A DNA stretch of 64,000 nt from an uncultured archaeon (GTDB taxonomy: Archaea > Altiarchaeota > Altiarchaeia > IMC4 > QMZM01). Each line of letters opens with the position of its first letter. The stretch's first letter is position 1. Made by a program: the position numbers and the translations under genes. Location of the stretch: the NCBI GenBank assembly GCA_964549685.1, contig CAZJVE010000002.1:79520-143519 (forward strand), in the 5' to 3' direction. The notes below the pieces were generated by a model. The model was not told where the DNA came from. It worked only from the letters and a program-made list of their open reading frames with translations, and searched no databases. Positions 58,075 through 64,000 of the stretch are shown in pieces.

Positions 58075-58147
58075 CGCCTCGGACAGGACTTGAACCTGTG
58101 ACCACCTGGTTAACAGCCAGGCGCTCTACCAACTGAGCTACCGAGGC
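58075..58147 (-). tRNA. tRNA-Asn(GTT)
   Basis: Minus strand reads GCCTCGG-TA-GCTC-AGTTGGTA-GAGC-G-CCTGG-CTGTTAA-CCAGG-TGGTC-ACAGG-TTCAAGT-CCTGT-CCGAGGC-G. Confidence 0.9.
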
Positions 58148-58165
58148 TGAACTGACGTCAGTTCA
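58148..58165. repeat. perfect 18-bp palindrome tgaactgac/gtcagttca abutting the tRNA-Asn 5' end
   Basis: Lies in the 96-nt spacer between the rpl15e stop and tRNA-Asn. The spacer has no AT-rich TATA-like box. Confidence 0.6.
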
Positions 58166-58217
58166 CACCGAAGCGGGTATGTGGGATTTCGCTGTCGCTC
58201 AATCCCACTTAACGCAC

Positions 58218-58243
58218 TGTGAATTCACCGGGGAATTTCCCGG
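58218..58243. repeat. GAATTC-based intergenic motif, copy B
   Basis: TGTGAATTCACCGGGGAATTTCCCGG lies directly 3' of the rpl15e stop codon (cta, 58244..58246). Confidence 0.5.
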
Positions 58244-58855
58244 CTATTTTGCAAGCCTGCCCTTCGCGCGCAGGCTTGGCCTTACCTTCTCGGCGCCCTT
58301 GCCTCTCTTCGTCAGGCCCCTGCCCTTCCTTCCTGCGGGAGTGAGTCCCCTGAACACCCTGCCCATGTGCTGCTTCTCGCAAATCCAGCCGACGTCCTTG
58401 TCGCTTCTTATCGCAGGATGGCTTGGGTCGACCATGATGACCTCGAACCACTTGTACTGACCGTCCTCCCAGAGCCAGTAAGAACTGAGAACCTCTAGAT
58501 TCGGGAATTTCTTCTGTGTTCGCTCCTCGGCAATCCGCTGGATGGACTTCTTGGGGGTTATCTTGCTGATACCCATCCTTTTCGGCTTCCTTCCACCGGT
58601 GGGGCGGGACTTTCTCAGGCCACCTCTCCTTACCCGGGTTCTTGCGACGACGAAGCCCTGCTTTGACTTGTAGCCATAGCTTCTTGCCCGGTCTATTCTG
58701 GTGGGTTTCTCAACCCTTACGACGGCGGGGCTCTTTCTCCAGGCCTTCTTTCTCTCCATCACAAGGTCCCTGAGGTCCTTGTTTTCGGGGCGCTTTATCT
58801 TTCTCTTAATGTCCTTATATGTTTCCTTAACGTACTTGTAATAGCCCATTTTCAT
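58244..58855 (-). CDS. rpl15e: 50S ribosomal protein L15e
   Basis: [14 protein letters not shown]... and [22 protein letters not shown]. Start placed at M28 of the track ORF, next to a GGTGAT box; ATG 58849 is also possible. Confidence 0.9.
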   Translation of the reverse strand: MKMGYYKYVKETYKDIKRKIKRPENKDLRDLVMERKKAWRKSPAVVRVEKPTRIDRARSYGYKSKQGFVVARTRVRRGGLRKSRPTGGRKPKRMGISKITPKKSIQRIAEERTQKKFPNLEVLSSYWLWEDGQYKWFEVIMVDPSHPAIRSDKDVGWICEKQHMGRVFRGLTPAGRKGRGLTKRGKGAEKVRPSLRAKGRLAK

Positions 58856-58955
58856 CACCCTTGCGGATTCAAAGATTACCTCACATCTCCATTGCGGGTG
58901 TATTCTATGATATGTCTTTTTATCATTAAAAACCAATTCTTAACATCAATATCAG

Positions 58956-59588
58956 GTGATTCGTGTGCCTTTGAGGAGGTTGTTTGGCTGGTTCAAGACG
59001 GTCTTCGGCAAGAAGAACATAATCAAGCTCGGCCTTTATGGCCCTCCAAATGCAGGAAAGACCACCCTGGCGAATAAGATTTCTATGGACTGGACCGGAG
59101 AGCCGGTAGGTAAGGTTTCTGAGATCCCACACGAGACGAGAGAGGTTCAGAAGAAGGAGCAGATTATCGTAAGGGCGGGGGGGAAGAAGCTCGTTATGAA
59201 CCTCCTGGACATGCCCGGAATTGCAACAAAGGTCGACTTTGAGGAATTCGTGGGGCACGGCATGACGAAGGAGGCTGCTCAGCAGAGGGCAAAAGAGGCG
59301 ACCAAGGGCGTTATCGAGGCGATAAAGTGGCTTGAGCACGTTGATACCGCGCTGGTTGTCATGGATTCTACCCGGGACCCCTATACGCAGGTTAATATCA
59401 CAATCATTGGAAACCTCGAGGCGAGGGACATACCGATAATCCTGGTTGCCAATAAGCTTGACCTTCCCGATGCCAACCCTGATGCGATAAGGGACGCGTT
59501 TCCCCAGCACCACGTCGTCGAGGTCTCTGCCCTGACAGGAAAGCTGGTTGACGAGCTCTATGAAGAAATAGCAAAGTACGCAAAATGA
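58956..59588 (+). CDS. small GTPase (COG1100-like) of the archaeal GTPase/DUF2073/DUF2072 trio
   Basis: G1 GPPNAGKTT, G3 DMPG, and G4 NKLD. GTG start. Confidence 0.8.
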   Translation: MIRVPLRRLFGWFKTVFGKKNIIKLGLYGPPNAGKTTLANKISMDWTGEPVGKVSEIPHETREVQKKEQIIVRAGGKKLVMNLLDMPGIATKVDFEEFVGHGMTKEAAQQRAKEATKGVIEAIKWLEHVDTALVVMDSTRDPYTQVNITIIGNLEARDIPIILVANKLDLPDANPDAIRDAFPQHHVVEVSALTGKLVDELYEEIAKYAK

Positions 59589-59941
59589 GCATAGAAATAG
59601 AATTCATATCATCCGACGTGCTTTCGAACAAGGAGAGCGACGAGAAGATAGACTACATTCTCGACCGGGTGAAGAAAAACAAGATTCTCGTTGTCGAGGA
59701 GAGCATGTCGGCCCTGGAGGAGAGCAAGCTGATAGAGGCGACCATGAGCCAGATAAAGGGTAAATTCTCCGGGATAGAGATATCCACGCTCAAGGACAAG
59801 AGCTCGGAGGGGATAAAGCACAAACTGATAAGGGCCCTTGGCGGAACAACCGGCGGACTGACGGTCATAGGGCCCTCGAAGATGATTCGCAAGGTCAAGA
59901 AGCAGCCGCAGAGCATATCCCTGCTGGCTGGAGAGAAGTAA
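59585..59941 (+). CDS. DUF2073-like protein
   Basis: 118 aa with ATGA overlap to the GTPase. IDYILDRVKKNKILVVEESMSALEESKLIEATM. Confidence 0.55.
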   Translation: MSIEIEFISSDVLSNKESDEKIDYILDRVKKNKILVVEESMSALEESKLIEATMSQIKGKFSGIEISTLKDKSSEGIKHKLIRALGGTTGGLTVIGPSKMIRKVKKQPQSISLLAGEK

Positions 59942-59943
59942 AG

Positions 59944-60327
59944 ATGCCACACAAATGCGCCCGATGTGGAACAATCTACGACGACAATTCTCCTGAGCTC
60001 ATAAACGGCTGTTCCTGCGGAGCCAGAGTGTTTCTGTATCTCAAGGAGAGGCCGGGCAGGAGCGAGGAGGACACAATCGAGGAGCTGAAGATAAAGGAGA
60101 TAGGTGGAGAAGATCTCAAGAGGCTGGACAGGGAGTTCGGCATGGACCTTGAGAAGACGGGGAGGACAATCCACCTCGACCTGGAGAACCTGCACCAGAT
60201 TGACAAGGGGAGGTACAGGATAGACATAAAGTCACTGATGAAGGGCGACCCCCTGATAATGAAGGTCGGTGACGGGGTCTACTACATCGACATAATCGAT
60301 GCCATGAGCAAGGGGAGGAAAAGATGA
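59944..60327 (+). CDS. Zn-ribbon protein (DUF2072-like)
   Basis: MPHKCARCGTIYDDNSPELINGCSCGARVFLY. Overlaps the purB start by 4 nt. Confidence 0.55.
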   Translation: MPHKCARCGTIYDDNSPELINGCSCGARVFLYLKERPGRSEEDTIEELKIKEIGGEDLKRLDREFGMDLEKTGRTIHLDLENLHQIDKGRYRIDIKSLMKGDPLIMKVGDGVYYIDIIDAMSKGRKR

Positions 60328-61652
60328 CAATCCATCCGATGGAGTCCCGCTACGGGCGGGACGAGGTCAGGAGTATTTTTGATGAAGAAAAAAAGCTGGA
60401 GCTGATGCTGGAGGTCGAGGCAGCCCTTGCAAGGGCCCATGCAAAGGCAGGGAACATCCCTGAGAAGGATGCTGCTGCAATCTCCAAGGCCAAAAAAGGC
60501 GTCAAAATCGAGAGGGTCAAGGCGATTGAGGCCGAGATAAACCATGACGTCATGGCGCTGGCCAAGGCCATGGCCGAGCTCAGCGGGGACTCCGGCAAAT
60601 ACGTTCATCTCGGGGCCACAAGCAATGATATTACAGATACTGCGCTTGCATTACAACTTAAGGAATTCGTCGAATTCCTTTCCGAGGACCTGGTGAATTT
60701 GAAGAAGATTCTGCTCGGCCTCGCCAAGAAGCACAAGGCCACAGTATGCATAGGAAGGACCCATGCCCAGCATTCTATCCCGACCACCTATGGACTGAAG
60801 TTCGCAATATTTGCCTCGGAGGTTCAGAGGCATATTCAAAGGCTGGAGGAAACAAAACCGAGAATCCTCGTCGGCAAGATGTCCGGCGCAGTCGGAACCC
60901 AGGCCTCCTTCGGAAAGAAGGGCATTGAGATTCAGGAGTATGTCATGGCGGACCTGGGGCTCAATGCCGCGATGGTCTCGAACCAGGTCATCCAGCGGGA
61001 CAGGCACGCTGAATTTTTGCTGCTGCTGGCATTGATTACAGAGACAATGAACAAGATTGCAACGGAAATCAGGAATCTGCAAAGGACTGAAATCGCTGAG
61101 ATATCAGAGGGCTTCGGCAAGAAGCAGGTCGGCTCCTCGACGATGCCGCATAAGAGGAATCCAATCATTGCCGAGAGGATATGCGGCCTGAGCCGGGTTA
61201 TAAAGGCGGATGCCATGGCATCGCTTGACAACATCCCGCTCTGGCATGAGAGAGACCTGACGAACTCAAGCTGCGAAAGGGTTATCATCCCGGAGGCCTG
61301 CATCCTGACGGACTACATCCTGAACCTCAGCATCAACCTGCTGAAGAATCTCGTTTTCGATAAGGAGCAGATAGAAAAGAACCTGAACCTCTCGCAGGGG
61401 AGAATCATGGCCGAGTCCCTGATGATTAAAATGGTCGAGAAGGGAGTGGGCAGGCAGGTGGCCCACGAGATGCTGAGGAAGGACGCGATGAAGAGCCATG
61501 AGTCTGGAATCCCCTTCAGGGACGTTCTTCTGAACGACAAGAAGGTCATGAAGCACATGAGCGAGAAGGAGCTGACATCCGCCCTTAACCCAAAGAATTA
61601 CACGGGGACTGCGAAAGAGCAGGTCGACAGGATTGTGAAAGAGTTAAGCTAG
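60324..61652 (+). CDS. purB: adenylosuccinate lyase
   Basis: MESRYGRDEV, GATSNDITDTA, and the signature GSSTMPHKRNP. Confidence 0.95.
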   Translation: MTIHPMESRYGRDEVRSIFDEEKKLELMLEVEAALARAHAKAGNIPEKDAAAISKAKKGVKIERVKAIEAEINHDVMALAKAMAELSGDSGKYVHLGATSNDITDTALALQLKEFVEFLSEDLVNLKKILLGLAKKHKATVCIGRTHAQHSIPTTYGLKFAIFASEVQRHIQRLEETKPRILVGKMSGAVGTQASFGKKGIEIQEYVMADLGLNAAMVSNQVIQRDRHAEFLLLLALITETMNKIATEIRNLQRTEIAEISEGFGKKQVGSSTMPHKRNPIIAERICGLSRVIKADAMASLDNIPLWHERDLTNSSCERVIIPEACILTDYILNLSINLLKNLVFDKEQIEKNLNLSQGRIMAESLMIKMVEKGVGRQVAHEMLRKDAMKSHESGIPFRDVLLNDKKVMKHMSEKELTSALNPKNYTGTAKEQVDRIVKELS

Positions 61653-63034
61653 CCCGCCCAGCTGTTTATTGCATCTACCACTGCGGATAGTGAGACCTCT
61701 TCGTTGGCCCATCTGTTTATCATGTTCACGACTTCGGCCAAGGTTACCTCGCCGTCGCAGTTCTCATCCGCCAATGGCTCAAAGCTCGGCGCACCGCAGA
61801 CGAAGGCATCCAGGTAAGGGATGTATACTACCTCAGGCAGGCCAGCATCATCATAGTAGTCATAGATGTATACGTCAATATCCTGTTTGTTGCTGGTGCC
61901 CCACCAGTTGTTTATCATCATTATCTCCTCGCTCGGCATTGAGTGCTCTATGTCGATTGCCCTGACGCCGTATTCGAAATTGTCATGCAGGTTGTTATAC
62001 GAATACTCTCCAAGATACTCATTCACGAATATGCCGATGCTGTTCAGGGTTATGGTGTTGTATGTAATCTCGCCTCCATCGACCATGTCCTCGACGTAGA
62101 TGCCTACCGAGTTGTTGTAGATGAGGTTGTAGCTCAGGCTCACCTCGCCGTAGGCGTCGTTTACGTCAATTCCATAGGTGTTGTTATAGAAGGTGTTGTA
62201 GCTGACCTCGGTCCAGCCCATGACTGCCGCACCGTGCGTGCTTCCATGCACCGTGTTGTTGCTGAAATAGACGTATGACGCCGCTTCTTCTCTCCCTCTC
62301 AGCTCGGGGGTGCAGTTGTTGAATTCGTTCTGGGTTGCATAAATGTGTATGCTGGGGAATATACTCCTCATTATGGCGTTGCTGCCGCAGTTTGTGAATG
62401 TATTGTTGCTTATGTATATGGTGAAGTTCCCGCCCCTTATCTCCATATCCCCATCATAGAATATGGAGTCCATGACGTCAACGGAGGACTCGTAGGTCTC
62501 CAGCCCTGTGTTGTTAAACCTGCAGTATCTCAGGCTATTGTTTCCGCTGATGCTGGTGTATTCGAAGTAGACCACCCCTCCCCCGGAGGAGACGAATTCA
62601 ATCGGGCTTATGGAGTTCCCCTCGGCTATGAGGCCGCCCTCCATGTCAAGGCGGTAGCTGCCGTTGAACTGTACCACTACGCCAGGCCCTATTGTCAGGG
62701 TGCTGTTCTCCTTTACCTCAATGTCGTTCAGCAGGAGGTAGGGGCTGTCGGCCAGAGTCCATGTCGTGTCTCCCTTGATGTCCCCTGTCACGTAGGTGGG
62801 AATCAGCGTCGATGTGGTTGAGGTGGATGTTGTGCTGGTTGTTGATGTGGTTGAGGTCGTTGAAGTTGATGTGGTCGAGGTGCTTGTCGTTGATGTCGTT
62901 GAGGTGGATGTAGTAGATATTGTGCTTGTTGATGTTGTTGAAGAGGTGCTTGTGGAGGTGGTCGTCTGAGCGGCAACACCAATGCTAAGGAAAAGCAGCC
63001 CAATCAATAAGAAGAGTGCCTTGCGCTTAATCAT
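61649..63034 (-). CDS. secreted beta-helix (PbH1-repeat) protein with dockerin-like C-terminus
   Basis: Start at MIKRKALFLLIGLLFLSIGVAAQ (ATG 63034; upstream ATG 63070 also possible). An ~80-aa Thr/Ser linker, repeated N.(I/F)..N..G(I/V) beta-helix turns, and the C-terminal module. Confidence 0.75.
   Translation of the reverse strand: MIKRKALFLLIGLLFLSIGVAAQTTTSTSTSSTTSTSTISTTSTSTTSTTSTSTTSTSTTSTTSTTSTTSTSTTSTLIPTYVTGDIKGDTTWTLADSPYLLLNDIEVKENSTLTIGPGVVVQFNGSYRLDMEGGLIAEGNSISPIEFVSSGGGVVYFEYTSISGNNSLRYCRFNNTGLETYESSVDVMDSIFYDGDMEIRGGNFTIYISNNTFTNCGSNAIMRSIFPSIHIYATQNEFNNCTPELRGREEAASYVYFSNNTVHGSTHGAAVMGWTEVSYNTFYNNTYGIDVNDAYGEVSLSYNLIYNNSVGIYVEDMVDGGEITYNTITLNSIGIFVNEYLGEYSYNNLHDNFEYGVRAIDIEHSMPSEEIMMINNWWGTSNKQDIDVYIYDYYDDAGLPEVVYIPYLDAFVCGAPSFEPLADENCDGEVTLAEVVNMINRWANEEVSLSAVVDAINSWAG
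61652..61777 (-). other. dockerin-like module, copy 6 of 6
   Basis: PLADENCDGEVTLAEVVNMINRWANEEVSLSAVVDAINSWAG. Confidence 0.6.
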
Positions 63035-63066
63035 ATTAGGAATTAGCTCATGAGCGTATAAATCTC

Positions 63067-64000
63067 TCATCCTTCAACAGCATACCTCAATCTTCCGCCA
63101 TATTCCTGTCTATAGACAACATGCGCTTTGTCTGTGCTGTCAACAGCAAGCTCGGCATAGGTCCCGATCTGTTCGTCATCGCTATTACCGCCATACTGGA
63201 TTGTCCGGGTCGTCCAGCTGGTATCGCCGGAATTCTTAACCGCGACCTTCATGTAAGAATCCAGATAGGTTGCACTCATCGCCTTTCTATGATAGGCAAT
63301 CAGGATATTATCGTTGCTGTCAAAAGCCAGAGAGGTATATAGTCCTGCTCTCAGGCTGTCGTCAATCATGTCCGGGCTTGCGGACCAGGCGCCGCTGCCG
63401 ATTCTTGAGGAGAACATCAGGGCCCCGTCATCGCCATCCCCGCTGTATCTCGCATGATAGGCGATGTGGGGGGTGCCGGAACTGTCAACTGCAATCGAGG
63501 GGTACTGCATCGTATCGCTTGAATCCACCAGTTCCTCCGACCAGGTGCTGGAATCCGTTGCTCTGTAGATATACTTCAGGAAGCTGTTGGAGTCGACGAA
63601 TGCGATGTGTATCACGCCGTTTGCAACGACTATCGAGGTGTCCGCGCTCGTCACGCTGGTATCCACCGTCTCTATTGTCCATGACCCTGAACCAGCTGGT
63701 TTGCTCGCCAGGAGCAAATCGTAACTGGTCCTGTCCAGGTAGGCAATATACACGACGTCGTTCTCGTCTATGTCCATTGAGGTGTACTGGCCGAGGTTGT
63801 TCGTGGCCGATGAGGCAACGGTTTCGGTGGAGAACGACCCTGCACCCGCCGCCTTGTAGGCGTATCCCAGGTTATAGCCTGTGAACGTGGGATAGGCTAT
63901 GTGAACCCCTCCGTTGCTGTCAACTGCTATTCTGGTATATGGGTTTGTCTGGTCGGCATAAACCAACTCCCTTTCCGACCAGGAACCGTCGGAATTGACC
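63067..64000 (-). CDS. beta-propeller-like repeat protein (5' end outside window)
   Basis: About 45-50-aa repeats ending in ...(S/R)IAVDS(S/N)G.(P/V)HIAY. The frame stays open past the TTG at 63966 to the window edge (VNSDGSWSERELVYADQ...). Confidence 0.7.
   Translation of the reverse strand, partial: VNSDGSWSERELVYADQTNPYTRIAVDSNGGVHIAYPTFTGYNLGYAYKAAGAGSFSTETVASSATNNLGQYTSMDIDENDVVYIAYLDRTSYDLLLASKPAGSGSWTIETVDTSVTSADTSIVVANGVIHIAFVDSNSFLKYIYRATDSSTWSEELVDSSDTMQYPSIAVDSSGTPHIAYHARYSGDGDDGALMFSSRIGSGAWSASPDMIDDSLRAGLYTSLAFDSNDNILIAYHRKAMSATYLDSYMKVAVKNSGDTSWTTRTIQYGGNSDDEQIGTYAELAVDSTDKAHVVYRQEYGGRLRYAVEG

Larger units (their letters stand above)
57449..58087. mobile_element. putative degenerate integrated element (doc cassette) at tRNA-Asn
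   Basis: A 13-bp direct repeat brackets ~0.6 kb of AT-rich DNA carrying only doc, a 42-aa ORF and a palindromic operator-like site. No integrase is present. Confidence 0.4.

Overview
Archaeal chromosomal segment of roughly 50% GC. Archaeal markers are Sec61beta, ribosomal protein L15e, aIF5B, the A-type ATPase stalk subunits H and E, an ATP-dependent DNA ligase, an SRP RNA with an Alu domain, and an intron-containing tRNA. About 70 protein genes, 3 tRNAs and 1 SRP RNA are supported. Housekeeping genes include pyrD, secFD, ftsZ, glyS, valS, infB, lig, dapB, purE, purB, hisG, gap and rpl15e. They are interleaved with accessory material. The main signal is a family of six secreted, Thr/Ser-linker-rich proteins: two giant S8 subtilases, a C25 gingipain-like protease, an LTD-LTD-cohesin-cupredoxin protein, a beta-helix protein and a small 228-aa protein. 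All six end in the same ~40-aa dockerin-like module, which has one EF-hand-type Ca loop plus a loop-less second helix. Two of the six also carry cohesin-like domains, and one carries an additional canonical two-loop dockerin. With a lipoprotein serpin in the same window, this looks like a cohesin-dockerin-type extracellular proteolytic assembly in an archaeon. Other observations: (1) a doc toxin cassette bracketed by a 13-bp direct repeat of the tRNA-Asn 3' end; (2) a vapBC pair next to a truncated dph2; (3) a low-GC two-gene membrane-protein island; (4) an orphan PqqD-like RRE gene; (5) an extracytoplasmic Moco-oxidoreductase/CuA-like cupredoxin operon; (6) a hairpin-rich intergenic element family next to stable-RNA genes. 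All calls come from reading the translations and sequence by eye. No database search was run, and domain boundaries are approximate.
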